A stretch of 64,000 nucleotides of DNA from Octopus vulgaris (GCA_951406725.2 OX597819.1:25916001-25980000), one strand, 5' to 3'; positions 1 to 15,600 are shown, numbered from the stretch's first letter. Made by a program: numbers and translations. The notes: generated by a model not told the origin, from the letters alone.

Positions 1-317
1 TGCGTCCCTGTCATTTTTTTCGACCCTCCTTAATTATTCTGTTCCTCTGCCTCTACCTCTCTCTCTCTTCTCTTCCCACGTGACCCGCGTTCGCCCAAAC
101 CTGATCTTCCTTTCTTGGCCGGCCGTCGTCCGTGCAACATCGATATTCCTCCCTGTTCCTGTGAAATCTTGTATCCCTGCTGTCAAGCTTTATTTCCACA
201 CACGCCAGATTAATTTAATTCGTCCTTAGTCGAATGACACCTATTATTATGTCCTGTTACACAAATGCAATAAAAATAATAATAACAGAGTGCCACTGCG
301 TGGTACTGCATCAGGGC

Positions 318-497
<180 letters not shown>

Positions 498-2406
498 ATA
501 TTCGTAGATATAGATATACAGATAGAAACGTTTATTTATATACAAAGGCTGATATACTTATATATTTAGAGTTATATGTGTATCCACTAACGAAATAATA
601 TAAGTGATAATGCGCTTATTTAACATCAAGCATTTTTATCCTATTAGTATTGCACAATAATATGAATGTCCGTGATTAACCATTTATGGAATAGGAAAGA
701 TGTTAAAGGATATGTTACAACGGATGTAGGTCTTGTTTGGAATCTGAATTGCAAAACTGGCGGTTACCTTATCCCACCTTTATTTAATAGAATCTAATGT
801 ACAAAGACCTTAGTGACTGAGTTTGATTACCACCTCATTATTGTGGAATATCACACTTGAAAGCCGAATTTTCATTGACTCCAGCAGCATTATCAACACA
901 TTCTCCATTCACCTGTGCATGTGTTTGTGGATTTTACAATGCTTCACTCCGACTATGAGTAAAATCTATGAAAACATTTTTGTGTTTCTACACATATTCA
1001 GCTAATAAGCTGAACGCAACAATATTAGATATTAAAAAAGAGCATACGTCCATTAAAACATATCTTCAAAAAAGATATGTCAGTAGATCCAATCAATTCT
1101 TTATTTCTTTCCCTATAATTAACCTACATATACATATAATATTATTGACAAGGCATTTACCATATAACAGGAAAATATTATCTTTCCTACCATTACATAT
1201 TAATAATAGTATTTTATTAGTTTCTCTTTTAGTCATACTAGCTTATTGTGCATTATTAATATCTTTTTATATTAATAGGCTTTGAATTTACGAGCAATGA
1301 ATGATTATATGTAAGTATCTTTTGTGTGGGTACCTAGTGAGTGTTTTATATAATGGTTATCAATTATTCAGGTTAAGTGCGCGATCCTGTACCACTGACT
1401 CAATGCTTGAGGGCATACTAAACTGAAATTATTGGCTATTGGTATTTTCTGTTCTTCATTGAGTAGGGTGTAACATTGGTCTGTAGTTAGCAGAAACTTA
1501 CTCAACTTCAATTTTTTAGACCTTGCAATGCCTAAGTCTGGCTTGGATTGGAAGAGCGCTAATGCTTGGTGATATACATTTCAAATATCTTGTGATATTT
1601 ACAGAAGCAGCGTGAATGGCTGAAGATTTGACAGTCGATAATTAGATATTAGAAGGTCAATCCAGTGGACGGGAGCTCTCATCAGCGAGCGGGGTCGGGT
1701 CTCCGTAGAACCACCGAGAGTAAGCCGTCGAAACGGTGCACATTCTCTTGTGATAAATCCTGAAGCATACAGGCGTCGGGTATAGAGAGCTTTCGATCCA
1801 CGGGCACTTGCAAGTCTCCAAAACTATGTAGGAGGGAAGATTTTCTAGGTTGGAAGAATAGTCTAGTCATATGTGCTGAGCCTAAAAAAGTGAAAACTTG
1901 GGCTGAGATATAAAAATATTATTTCAACCACCTGCAGTTAGCGTCGAACATTATTTTATGTAAGGTCTCTATTATATTTATTTTCTTTGTATTGCTATTG
2001 GACGTGGTGAAGAGACACCCATCCTCGTATCTTTACAGGAGGTACCTTTTCCATTATTGTGATGTTTCCTATTACATTTTCTGAACACAATATTATGCTT
2101 TTTAGCACTGACAACCATCAGCATCGATACATTTTTTAATACCAATATCGCTAATATTGCTAGTATTCATTGTTTGATTAGTTATCATGGCTTCAACGAC
2201 ACTATAAGTTACATAAAAAATAGTAAGAACATGTAGAGAAAATTTAATCAATTATAATTATATGCATAAGGAGGAAAATGCAATTAGCCTTACTGGTGAT
2301 TGCTTGCAAAAACGTAGAATTTGAAAATCATTAAAAGTCGCATGTAGTTGGCACTGATGATAACTCTGAACATATTTTGTTATTATTACACACTTGAAAT
2401 GAACAT

Positions 2407-2411
<5 letters not shown>

Positions 2412-2457
<46 letters not shown>

Positions 2458-2485
2458 GTGTGTATATATATAATATATATATATA

Positions 2486-2530
<45 letters not shown>

Positions 2531-2532
2531 TA
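2412..2532. repeat. (TA)n microsatellite; one example of many (also ~16607-16750, 18598-18661, 19100-19207, 41801-41860, 55746-55848, 62910-63042)
   Basis: Direct sequence; source of the IYIYIY ORFs. Confidence 0.97.
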
Positions 2533-2884
2533 TTTCCTGTTGCTTATTTTGATTACACACACACATAAACACGCACGAACACACAAGAGTTACAGAATGG
2601 AGTATGAGAAATCCGGTCTACATATGTTTCACAGCGAGTGGAATCTCAGAAATGTTAAAATCCATGTTAGATGTATACCACCTGCGACTGTTCAGGTCAA
2701 GGATATCTTGATAAGATAAAAGCCTACCTGTTGACGTATAGATTCAATCAGAATATATGCATAGCAGTATTATTCATAGCTAGTATATACTTAATTAACA
2801 GATTATAGAATGGCTTTCGCACTGAAGAAAAACATTCAATGTTGGCTATTCTATTTCATTTAGTGAGCCAAGATAAACACATAC

Positions 2885-3930
2885 AAGGTGCGTCAGTTAT
2901 CTGAGAACAAAACTTTAAGTACCAGAGCCAGGTCAGACTTTATCTTCTACCTTTTCTAACTTCAAGCATGGAAGCTTCGAATCAAATACACAATGAAACA
3001 CCATGTCATTTTTGTTGCCGTAGCAGCCAACCACAGTGATTCTGAAATTGGAACCTTCTTGAATTCTTCAAGAAAACATCTCCTGGCATCTAGCGTGATT
3101 ATGTCGTCCGGAGCCAGATGCTAATAAAATATGTCGCGTTTGTCTAGCAAATCCAGTGTATCGCCAATAAGATTCCCGACAGAGCAACGAAATACATCAC
3201 CAATCATCTCCATGTGCCCGAATCAACGATTAAATGTTTGTAGTGGATGAAGACTTCAGGTACAACTTCTATACTATCAGATAGTTCATGTCCCGTACCA
3301 TCCCAGGGAATGGTATGATCCAGTTGAATCGCTTGTTGCAAAAACTCAAGCAATCCGAGGAGTCTGACATACACTGGATCATTTCAGATGAGAAGAATTT
3401 TGATCAAGATCAAAAGGTGAGAAGAAGAAATGACAGGTGTCTCTGCGCTAACATCACTGAAGTTCATTCTTATGTACACCAAATTCCCATCGCCTGAGAC
3501 GGTCTTGGCTGTCGTGAGAAATGAGGGTCAAGTCATAACTCTTCATTTTCGACAACATGGAGGCGGTTGTAGGGATCTGGATGAAGCGAAATGCTTGGGG
3601 TAGGTCGTACATTTTCCAAGAAGATTATTCTCCCTCTCTAACATCTTGCACGACATCGAAGTCCATGCCCTAAGTTTTTCAGAATCCTGTTACCCCTAAT
3701 ATTTGGATTTGTAGCTTTCCTGGTTTTAATACCTTGGAGAGATACGTCTGGGGTACCGTTGAGAGAGAAACCAATAAGCATGCCCCACAATACCAAGGCC
3801 TCGTTAATGTCTGCTATTGGGAACGTTGTAACCAATATGAATAAAGATCTCCTGATGAACGCATTTAGTCATTTCAGAGGCGGTATCGTGGCAATAGTCC
3901 AGGCTCATGGCAGTTTCATTCAATAATCTT
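2885..3930 (+). mobile_element. Decayed Tc1/mariner-superfamily transposase, maT (DD37D)-like
   Basis: Stitched frames give MKHHVIFVAVAANHSDSEIGTFLN ... LLQKLKQ..HWIISDEKNFDQDQKVRRRNDRCLC ... WMKRNAWGRSYIFQEDYSP ... YVWGTVERETNK ... AHGSFIQ*. The xSDEKNF..DQK..NDR motif is typical of maT-type elements. Many stops and frameshifts; TIRs not clearly recoverable. Confidence 0.8.
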
Positions 3931-5237
3931 TTAATATCTGCATGTAAGAAAATGAGTGCCAAATTCTATAAAAATATATTTGCTTTTCCAATAAATAGCT
4001 AATCCCACTAACTAAATACCGTACGCATTTGTTGAAAAAAAAAAAACAACAAAAAAACTATTCTACAACGAATTTGCAGCAATTTTCTTCTACTGGTAGT
4101 GTGTTGTGCCTAAACAAAAATTAAGGCCTTTAATATCATAGACTTATAATACTCCTCGATCAGGTATAAATATACATCCATTTGCAGCCGTTGATCTACT
4201 GAGTTCATCTACCCTTTCACAGGCTCTGCATATTGTCCTGCAGTTTGTCCAACGAAAGTCACCCTCCATACTGACCCTTCGTCACTGACAATCCGACCAT
4301 TTGTTTCATCGTATTCATTAGCACTAAGAACGACCTCCGCTCTATCTCTCTCACTCTCTCCCTCTTTTTCTCACTCACATAATACGTACACACACATATG
4401 TATGCTTGTGTCAGTCTTCATATTCACAGTTTTGTGCAATTAATAATGTGTAAAAATGCAGAGCTTAACGGATAGAAAAGTATACAGATCGATAGAAGGA
4501 AACAGAGAAATGTTCTGTGATCGATATGCGCGAATAGAATCATTCAAATCGGTACGCCTGCGTGGTCAGTCCAGTTGCAGAAGATATTCAACCGTATCAT
4601 ACCTCTGAAACCACAGTCCAATAATTGAAACCATTAAAGGTATACAAGAGAACCTATTTAGTTCTCATCAGCGCTTACGCAATTTATTTTCTAATATAAC
4701 TACAATTTACACAGCTGCAATCACCTAATTCGTAATTACGAATGCGATTACGTAAATTCTGAGCTTCTTGATTATCGACACGTTTATACAGCTTATGGCA
4801 GTGCAACAAATTATATTGCTAGCGGCCTAAGAAGTTTTGTGCCTGATAACATACTGCAGATAATTTAAGCATCTAATTTTATAGTCTCTTGATATGGTGT
4901 GGATTTCATTGTTCTGAGCAAATTGCCTCCTCGTTTAAAACGAATTATATCACAAGCGTAATACTTAAAAGTTGCTATTTTTTCTAGAAAAATATTTCGT
5001 CTGTAAAGGCATTGATTTATTCAGATAAAAGTACACCTGTATATGAAGCTATTTCAAATTGTTCCAAATTAGTGATATATTTAAACAGATATGTAAGGAA
5101 AGCAATTACGAAACGAAAGTTTTAGGTTAACCGTAACAAATTAACTACACGTTCACCGTATGGCATAAATCATGAACTGCTAGAAATACCAGCCAAATCT
5201 TTCTTAGATCGCATTCAAGAATGTTAAAAAGTGAGGA

Positions 5238-5279
<42 letters not shown>

Positions 5280-8200
5280 TATATCCAAAATAACATAATC
5301 CTGGATACATTTATATGTTAAATATAAAGAGAAAGATAACATTTAAACGCTTATAGGTTTATTAAATCAGGCTCAAACTGAGGTTAATAATCTAACAACA
5401 TTTAAAAAATATGAAAAGATATTATTCTGAAATGAATAGTAGTATAACTAAAAAACAAGATGATGTGAAGCCCTCAATCTCTTAAATTAAAACGAGAAAT
5501 ATGCCACCGATTAATAATGAAGACAGAACTGTTTCCCTACAAAATGCACATTTTGATATGGCTTCTTTTATATTTCATTCCTATCTGATGCTATTTTATT
5601 TTGATCATCATGCTATTGTGAAAGCGCTTGGTTAAGTGTTTAGGATGTTTGGCTTATGATCTGCTCCTGGGTTTAAATTATAGATCGGGTAGTCCGTTGT
5701 GTTCTTCAGCAATAACCTTCATATCACATTGCTACAGTCCACTCAGTTGTAAAGAATGAAAATAGATGCTGGTGCAGTCCTCTCTTTATTGTCCATGTTC
5801 TTTCGGGTCAGTGAGAGGGAAATTGTAAGGACTTCTATAGCTGCTTGAAAGCATTCTATCACCTAAAAGCTATTAGCAAATATATGGTACTTCTCATTAA
5901 GTCAAATGCTTTTGCAAATGACAATTGACTGTACCGTGTAGTATCAATCCTTTCTATCAATGACATTGAATCATCTCTTGTATAAGGCTGGTAACCCCTG
6001 TCTCACATACTATCTCTTCCTCTTTGCCTATCTACAGCTCTAAACCAGCTTTTGTTTCTCGGAATTGTATGATCTTATGCTGCTTCAATCAGGCACTCTG
6101 GATTCTCCTGTTTCTTCTCTTCTCGACGGTCATATTTTGTTCACTCTAAAATGTAGGCCTCACAAACAAACCACTTCACTTTCTTCATTATCAGACCCTT
6201 TCCTTCATTTTTCTACATTCCACAACTCGTACTTGTTTTCAAGAGCGAGTTTGTAGAGGTCATACAACCAGTTACTTTCTTCAGACTAAATCAACGACAA
6301 AATTACAACCCGTTATGGGGATTATTGGAATCAGTTAGACACTGTTTGAAATAGTACGTGTATTAAGCAAATACATTCCCATTGGGTCACAAATTGGCAG
6401 CAGCATGACAAAATAGAACAAAATGCTTCGTGGTTTAAATTCTGTCACACTGCGCTTTGTCGTAAGATACCATTAGTGTTAACATTGTAGCTAATATTTG
6501 AGCGTTAAGAACATAAAAGCTAGTGCTCCAGAATAGTAGAATAAGCTGAATTATTTCAGTATTACTCAAGAGGCCTTACTGCATTTGTTCTGGCTCTTTC
6601 CGTTCTCAGTACTAGAATAGTAATTTCATTCCATCAATGAAACGGTTTAACACCACCAACTTGTGTTATTTTAGACCTGAATAAAATTCGAATTATTCTG
6701 ACCTTGTTTTCGGTTTAATGATAACTTTCTCTCTTCTTCCCCACTGTCTCGAGGAAGGCTATAAAAATATGTAACATAGTCTTTTGTTCCCGGCCTGATT
6801 AAGTGATGAACATGTAATTGGATTTAAATAATCTTCAGTAATATATCATTAAGAGAAAGCGTAGGCAAAATTTTGGAAATAACGAGTTAATGAAACGGTA
6901 GTATTAAATTAAAAAGACATGTGTCAACCTTATTTGGCTTTGTGGACTGGAGTGGATCATGATCTAGGCCTCATGGGCCGGATGTGAACAATTATTTCTA
7001 GAGCCTCTGTTCATAAAGTAAGAGAGTACAAAACATAAAGAGGTGTATATATATAATCACTGTCATAATGAAAATATTATAAAGAAAGAATATAATGTGT
7101 TAGTAAAATTTGTGAACAAAGGTGTGGAAAGGATATCAACATATTCTATTTATAATTTTTAATAAATAAGAAACCTCTGGGTTAAAACGGAGATAGAAAT
7201 TACCGAGGCGAATGTATATAGCTATTGAGAAGACCAATGTGTTTCTGTCTCTGAAAGTTTCAATGTTATCCCTGTGACAAGAATACATTCCGGCGATCTG
7301 GTGCTCAAATTTGAACAGAAAAACATTGCGACTAGAGTCGTATGTGTAGACAGATGAAACGTATACTTAGAAAACAATTCTCATTTTTTTTTATTCTACG
7401 CATATAAATAGTTATTTCTGAATGGTTAATATCACAAAAGTTTTCCTGAACTGAAGTGATCCAACTAATCGGAAGCAGTGTTAATCACGACTCAAGCCGA
7501 GCTCACTGGGCTCATGGTAGGGTCTGGATTACAGGAAGTTCTACGTTGCATTCCTTAATGTAAATTTACTCACATAAATTGTCTGTTACACACACACACT
7601 CTCTCTCTCACATACACACTTAAATATACATTGTACACGTGCTACGGAGATATATTTTCATCGAACTTTTCAAGTTAAAAAAAAAAAGATTAAAGTTTTA
7701 GCTGGGAACCAGTCAAAATATTTCTGTGAGACACGTTCTCCAGCTGGAATGCGACTTTAGCTTCAGTTAAATCTAGAATGAGATGCAGTAAAAAACTATG
7801 AGAGAAAATAGAGAGTAACTTCTCTCTTTCCCGCTCTCTCTCTCTCTCTCTCTCTCCTCTTTATATCTTTCACGCCCCATAAGTGTTTAAAATGTGAATC
7901 CAAGCAGATAGTAATTATCAGTATAGACATAAATATATAGAGAGATGTAGGGAGCTTATATAAGAATTCAGTGTATTTCTTTGTTACAAAACATACCGAA
8001 TTCTTCAGTCCGTATAAGAATTGCAAAATCTGTACGAATTTATTTATAGTTGAGAATAATTATAAAGAAAATGTTTAGGTTGCATTGGTACCATTAATCA
8101 ATTATGATTAATGTATACAAGTAGAATCTTATATTTTACGCAATATATATTTTTACAGAAAAAAGAGTTACACACGCACGTGCCCGCGCTTCTAGATGTG

Positions 8201-8583
8201 TATAAAATGGAAATATTTTGCAAAGAAATGTAGACAAATCCCAAATGATGAAACCATATAAAGATACGCATAATTTTGAGGCAGCAGACAGCATCGCAAA
8301 ATCCTACTATTAAAGCTCGTTTAAGACCACTGATATATAATAAGGATTTCTCATATTAGCATAATACTACACATTGATAGGAGAAATTATACTGTCGGTA
8401 GAATAATAGACACTATTTGTATTTGTGTCTTGTATCGATTTCATAGAATGGCAACATGCAAATACTTTTCCAGCGTGGAGACTGAGTGACAAAAATATAG
8501 ATTTTAAGCTTATTGTTTCGTATGCTACTGTGTTTGCTATCCACTGTCCTAGCGACAACAGAAGTATAAATAAGCTTTTTTGC

Positions 8584-8790
<207 letters not shown>

Positions 8791-8999
8791 GCGGTGAGCT
8801 AGCAGACTCGTTAGCACGCCTAGCAAAATGCTTAGCGGAATTTCGCCCGCCTTTACGTTCTGAGTTCAAATTCCGGCGAAGTCGACTGTGCCTTTCATCC
8901 TTTCGTTGTCCATAAATAAAGTAACAGTGAAACACTGGTGTCGATGTGATCGACAGGAACCTTTCCCCAAGACTTCAGACCTTGTGCTTTGGTAGAAAT
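8791..8999 (+). mobile_element. tRNA-derived SINE, family A
   Basis: A-box-like head gcggtgagctagcagactcgttagc, B box gagttcaaattcc, body gtcgactgtgcctttcatcctttcg; matches the copies at 18662, 20691 and 40703. Confidence 0.88.
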
Positions 9000-9000
9000 G

Positions 9001-9060
<60 letters not shown>

Positions 9061-9063
<3 letters not shown>

Positions 9064-9357
9064 TAGTTTTGTTTTTATAGCGTGCTTTCACTTCACTACA
9101 GAGCGCAGCTCTGTGTGCCTTGGGTATGTGTTGTGATTTGTTGTGATGCTCTGATGGTTATTGTATGGAAAGTGTTCTGCGTAGGATGTGTGCAGTGCCT
9201 AGTAGTGCAATTTTCTGTATGCTATATGTGTTTGTAAGTCCTGGTGTTTTTGTTATGTATTTGTCTGAATATTTTTTATCATGCCTAATGCACCTACTAT
9301 GATAGGAATTGTTTCTGTTTTCAGATTCCACATTCTAGTTACCTCTATTTCCAGGTC
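9061..9357 (-). mobile_element. 3' end of a Dong/R4-clade non-LTR retrotransposon (restriction-like endonuclease C-terminus plus 3' UTR)
   Basis: Minus strand reads DLEIEVTRMWNLKTETIPIIVGALGMIK/(1-nt frameshift)YSDKYITKTPGLTNTYSIQKIALLGTAHILRRTLSIQ*, the characteristic R4/Dong C-terminus; flanked on both sides by (TAA)n. Confidence 0.88.
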
Positions 9358-9379
9358 TTATTATTATTATTATTATTAC

Positions 9380-9434
<55 letters not shown>

Positions 9435-9480
9435 ATTATTATTATTATTATTTTTATTCTTCTTCTTCTTATTATTATTA

Positions 9481-9527
<47 letters not shown>

Positions 9528-9568
9528 CATTATTATTATTATTATCATTTTTATTATTATTATTATTA

Positions 9569-9603
<35 letters not shown>

Positions 9604-9614
9604 CATTTTTTTAA

Positions 9615-9688
<74 letters not shown>

Positions 9689-12600
9689 TTCAGTTTTCAT
9701 GTGAAGGCGCGTGACCTAGGGAAGGCCATTCTTGAACAAAATATTATTTTCAAATGATCCACTGGATGGCGCTTTGTGCTATCGCGGAAGGATTCTGATT
9801 ACATGTTAATCCACTTTACGCAAGTGATGGTGCATCCAGCATTCCCTCCACCTATCAGACCCTTGATGTTTTACTGATTCAGGAGTGAGACAGTGACCCT
9901 AAATCTAGTTTATACTTACACTAGGTTACATAAGCATCTAGAAAAATATTAGCAAAGGCACACCACATGTTATGTATATGTCCTTCCACGTGAGTAATGA
10001 GTGGCTGTGTTTTCTTTCTCTTTCTTTCTTTCTTTTTGATTTTCAGAAATTTTCAACATACTTTTTCACATTTTGAGATGCTTGTGAGAATACCCTTCAA
10101 CCACTTGGTCGAATTTATAGCTTGTCAAAAATATATTTATCAGTGTGATGGTATAGGTATGTGCAATAGATAATAGGCTATGCTCTCTATTCTGTTTGTA
10201 TAGCATAAATTCCTTAATTTAGATCATTATGTTATGATAATTATCTTTCAACTGAGCATTCGCAGCGAGATTGTGTAATGTATTATTTCTTATTGTTGGG
10301 CTAGTAAAACATATATATATTTACGTTTCTGAGTGAAACATATATGTATGTATGTACATTTGTGTCGTTGTGTGCAGGTGGATGCATATATGTATATTAC
10401 TTGTTTCTTTTATTAAATGAGACGACATTATTCAGTGCGAGTGTTTCTATTTTCTATAGAGACGTTGAAACTTGTAAGTTAATAACATGGGGAAGTAATA
10501 TTTGACAATAAGTGAAATAAGAATAACTACTAAAATCCTGCATTGGGCAACCAGCCATCTCTCGATTAGTAACTTCATGTAAGATAACAACATTGCAGAT
10601 CCACTCTCTATCAACTCTGATGTTCATCGAATTTCAGTTCTGTCCCTCAGTCTCTTGTATACATTGATCTCCTCCAAGTTGGTACCACATGAAGCAACTT
10701 GTTTCCCATTAACCAGCTCTAACTGTGTATGATCTACACGAATGCTAGTCACCACAAGCCAAATTTACACCATTTCATGTTACCTTCAGTTTGTGACTTG
10801 CTGTGAGACCATGATATGTTAACTCTTTTGATAGCCAAAATCAAAACCTCAACATATATAAAAAGAAATCGATCTGAAACAAATAAAATCAGAATCTCTA
10901 TAAACATGAGCTGGACTTTGCAATAATTCAACGCTATACTTCTTAAGAAAATAGCTCCACAACAAACCCTCAATCTACATGAGCGGTACTCATTTTTAGC
11001 CTTCCGAATGGTCGCAAATGGTGGGACTCATTATCATCGAGTATCTCTCGCGACACGGCAAGCACATCATTAGCACATATATCAGCACGTGTTAATGACT
11101 TTCTTTTCTCTTTGGGATCAGAAGATATTTCAGTCTCAGTAGTACTGAATTTAATTGACTCACCCTCACATACTGGATCTTATCAAGAGAAGAGACATTG
11201 TCCGATCGGCACTTCATCATCATCGAACACACTCCGGTCACCCGTCTCTCTCTAACCCAACAATGATATCTCTGCGCCTTGGGTCTGGTTGGTCTTGTAT
11301 CCTCACAATACAGGTACCATTAACCCACTCGCATCTCTACATCTTGTCACTTTTTGTGCATCCAAAGCCTCATGATCTGCACTAATCACTTTTTTCCAAA
11401 ACTGCCAATCCAGAAATTCGACTATTTGGAATGTCTTCAGAAATCTTTATCTTACAGGTATTGAACTTCAGTAATTAAAAACGAAGCATTAACGGCAATA
11501 ATCTCAACGGTCTCCAAGGGCCAGCAAGGCTCATGATCTTTAGCTTTTTGTTCTGACACAGCTACTGTGAGCAAATTATAAAACACTTAACTATAAATCA
11601 TTTGATGTATTTTATCTGGCAGAACAAAATCACTTCATTTCATTCAAATTATTCTAGTTTCAGCTTGCGGAAATGACAGAAAAGTGAATTTTTGTTTAAG
11701 GAGAAGACAAAATTGAGTAAATCGGTACTCAGAGTATCTGAATGAAAACAACGATATAAAATCTTCAGTAGAACGTCGATGTTATTAAAAACGCGTATAT
11801 CCAATCTAGATTCGAATATGTTGATTATTCCTAGATTATCATGACTTGCAGATCTTAGATTGTTGCAATTTTATATTATCATCGTACTCTAAAAACAGCT
11901 GCATGCTCTTTTTCATTCTATTGGACTCGTATCTGCAATATTTTAATTAAATCTATAGACATATATGCTGCCACATCCAAATGCAATATCTAGTTTTCTT
12001 GTCTTCCATAATACAACGGAGATTCAGATCAGCAGAGAATATAATTCCCTCCAATGAATAATGCCAAACGTAGATGTAATCACTTTTATGACTGTCCAGT
12101 TTCCTCAAAACATGTAATATGTCGGCACTGCCTTATTAATGACAACGCAAATAAAAGAGTCATTGCTTTGATTATCGGTTTTTTTCGTATCTTACAGCAA
12201 CAATATAAACATCAGTTTCTTTCTTTTTAATGCTGCCTATTGGTATTGGTTTCAGTGTCTTCAATCAGGCTTTAATACTTCAGACTGGATACTGTCGTTA
12301 CATTCTATGCATTTACAATACAGGCCTGTCATATTCATTATGCATTTATAAAAAGCGCCATATTATTATTTGCAAACAGGAAAAAGCAGACGTTACATAT
12401 TTAGGCAAATTAGATTCCGTCTTGTAAAAACTAGTTAATATTTATTTCGGGGAAAATACCTTATGCAACTTCAGTATATATCTATTATAGATTAAAAGAA
12501 AAAAAGATCGGATGCAAAAATATACACTAGGCTATTTAACTTAGCAACCTAACAACCTGCCTTTAGCCTTATCATGTACCGCTTCAAACAAATAATTAAC

Positions 12601-14693
12601 GTTTGAGAATTTAATAATAGCCTTTCAGAAGAACTGTTGAATTTTACAGTCGCATAATATTGATTACTTTTAATATGTTTTCCTTCACTTTTCCAAAATA
12701 TAGTTTTCTCATCACATTATTAAATCCGAAAGACGTTTGGCTATAAAAACTCCAGGATCACATTTGTGAGCACATTATCACATAAAGAAACATAATACAC
12801 TGAAATGTCCATTTGAAAGCGTTTTGGTTTACAAATGGCCATTTCCTTTATTCAAAAATCCTAATCATCGATTTCGACTCTCAATAATAATTTTTGACCT
12901 CCATAATATAATTTGTGAACGCTTAATGGTCATAACTTTCCGGTGAGGTTTAATAGTTGCAGAGATAAGAAAAAAACTCACGAAAATAAAAAGAAAGAAG
13001 GAAGTACATTTTTTTTCTGCGGAGAGACTCAATCAAATATATCGAATGAAATTCATCAACTTTACATGAATTCTAATAATATTCTGAGATGAGACGGCAA
13101 CACTTACGCTTGTTTGTAACCTATTGATATGTGCTGGCATAATCATTATAATCAGAACATTTAATAATCATTTAGAAATAGTTGTCATATATCTAATTGC
13201 TTGTCGCGTGAGTTTAACACACAAACTGTTTTTATGGAAAATTAACATATACGTTTTTATAGTCAATTATTAATTCATACTAATGCTGACAACAGTCTTC
13301 AAAGAGTTAGAAATGCAAAGTACAAATCGATTTAGGATTCAATGCTAACGTGAGAATTAGAGAATCTGTTCATAAACAGAACAATGTAACGCATGACATT
13401 GAGATTTAGTGCTATTGTATCTATCTGTTGTTAGATAGAAAATTTAATTGCTTCCTCAGCATTGACCTCCCAGCTTCACTCTATCTGTTGCCATACAATA
13501 CCAATTTGTAATATTGTGTCTACAGATGCTAAATGGCGCTTAAACTTATACATTTTCCTTTTATCTCTCTCTCTATATATCGTTTACGAGTGAATCATAG
13601 ATTTGATAGTAATAACCAAACTTCATCGATAGCTAATATGATTTTCTTTCATCGTAGAACCTGTTTAAGTAGAACAGGCCGACACTTTCTCGGTCATAAA
13701 ATAATAATTGCCAGACTGATAATCACTGACAAGATAAACATTCGCTTACAAAAAAACATCTTTTCATAGTCGTAATAACAAAGAGAAAGAATTCGGTGTG
13801 CTATCAAAATCTTTAAATAATATCTTGAGACTAACATACCAAAGTCTATTATTTCGAGATGTCCGCCTTTTGTTCGAAGAGTGCTTACACCATGGGAAAT
13901 TTGGAAGCATATAGAATGTTTCTTATGAGATTTTCTTCTGTGAGGGAATGAAAAATATTACACAAGAAACAAACTTGAACCCTGGTACGAATAAAAAAAA
14001 AATATATAAGTTTGTATATTATGAGAAACGAAGAATTGTATTTAAATTTTAATGAAGCTTATCGCTAATCTGCTTGAGAATTATGTATATCAGAGAGACA
14101 CGATTCTCCGTGATCTAAACGGGATATGGAATAGAAAACGATAGGTAAGTTTTAACTATCAACATTTGAATTTAGTTTCTTTTGTTCGCTAAATGTGCTC
14201 TCAAGAATATGTCACTTCACTTTCTTGATGTTACTCAAATGAGAGGCGTTATCGGTGTTTACACCTGCTGAAATGTTGCAAAATTAATGTTGTTTACGTT
14301 CCTAGAATTCTATTTACAAACATATATTCATCAGTTAACTTTCTGCTTGAATGAATTAATGCAATTGTTTTCTATTCAGTCACAAAGAAAAAACAATATA
14401 CATTTCAAAACACCGGAGAATTAGGAAGCGAAAAATCATTTCCATTTATGTCTAAAAACATAACCACATCAGGTTACTGACAAGCACTGCCATTCACGTC
14501 ATGCGGAGCTAAATAAAATATTATGAAACAAATTAAAACAAGAAATTAAAACACGAACTGAAATTGTTGGTTTCAAAACAATTAATCGCAGTGATGTATC
14601 TTCTAGACTAAATTACCTAATATTTTTACATACATATTCATACACGATGTGCGCACATGCGCGTGAATAACAAGATAGAGACTTCGTGGCGTA

Positions 14694-14895
14694 AGCATGC
14701 ACAGTTAAGCCGAGAGTATGCTTATTAAAAGCAGATATACAATTAAAATAAGATTTATTAATTTTCCTCATACATATTCCCTCAGCGGTTAAGATATACA
14801 TACATCAACAAGTACATATACACATAGACACACATATTCAGAGATACATTTATATATATATACACACACACACACTCACACACACACACACACAC

Positions 14896-14933
<38 letters not shown>

Positions 14934-15059
14934 ATAACATACATATATATGCGTATATATATACATGCATGCACACATATAAGCACACATAAACACATGT
15001 TTCTATGTATCTATCTACGTATCTATATATATGTGTGTATATATATATATACATACATA

Positions 15060-15107
<48 letters not shown>

Positions 15108-15208
15108 GCCTGCTCGCTTAGCCAGCGGGGTGGCGTCATTCGAAGGCTAAAACAATGCGAACGCATTGTGACCAGCGATGTGTAACTACATCTGATAGAC
15201 TGGTCGGT

Positions 15209-15253
<45 letters not shown>

Positions 15254-15464
15254 ACTGTCACATATATTTACAGATATGTATATTATGTATATATGTGCGT
15301 GTATAAATGCATCTGTCAATATATGCGTGTATGTGTACATGTACTTGTTGATGTATGTATATCTTAACTGCTGAGGGAATATGTATGAGGAAAATTAATA
15401 AATTGCATTTCAATTGCATGCCTGTGTTTAATAAGTACACACCCGGCTTAACTGTGTGCATGCT
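14694..15464. repeat. Inverted duplication, arms ~14694-14855 and ~15301-15464, spacer of (TA)n/(CA)n
   Basis: ttaattttcctcatacatattccctcagcggttaagatatacatacatcaacaagtaca vs tgtacttgttgatgtatgtatatcttaactgctgagggaatatgtatgaggaaaattaa (reverse complement, 1 mismatch in this core). Confidence 0.9.
15105..15216 (+). mobile_element. Short GC-richer insert in a (TA)n tract, probable retroposon 3' end with terminal stem-loop
   Basis: Bounded by (TA)n on both sides; nested complementarity gtgacc/ggtcac, gaccag/ctggtc, gatgt/acatc. Confidence 0.5.
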
Positions 15465-15475
15465 GACATCTCTAT

Positions 15476-15545
15476 CACAGAAACAATTGTTAGTGGTAAT
15501 AAATTTTTGCAATACTCATTTTCCGTCTTCTGATTTATAGATATA

Positions 15546-15600
<55 letters not shown>

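Noticed and set aside
1670-1800. Minus-strand GAAA ... CTGATGA as a type II hammerhead
   Set aside because: Stems I and II do not pair convincingly; likely chance.
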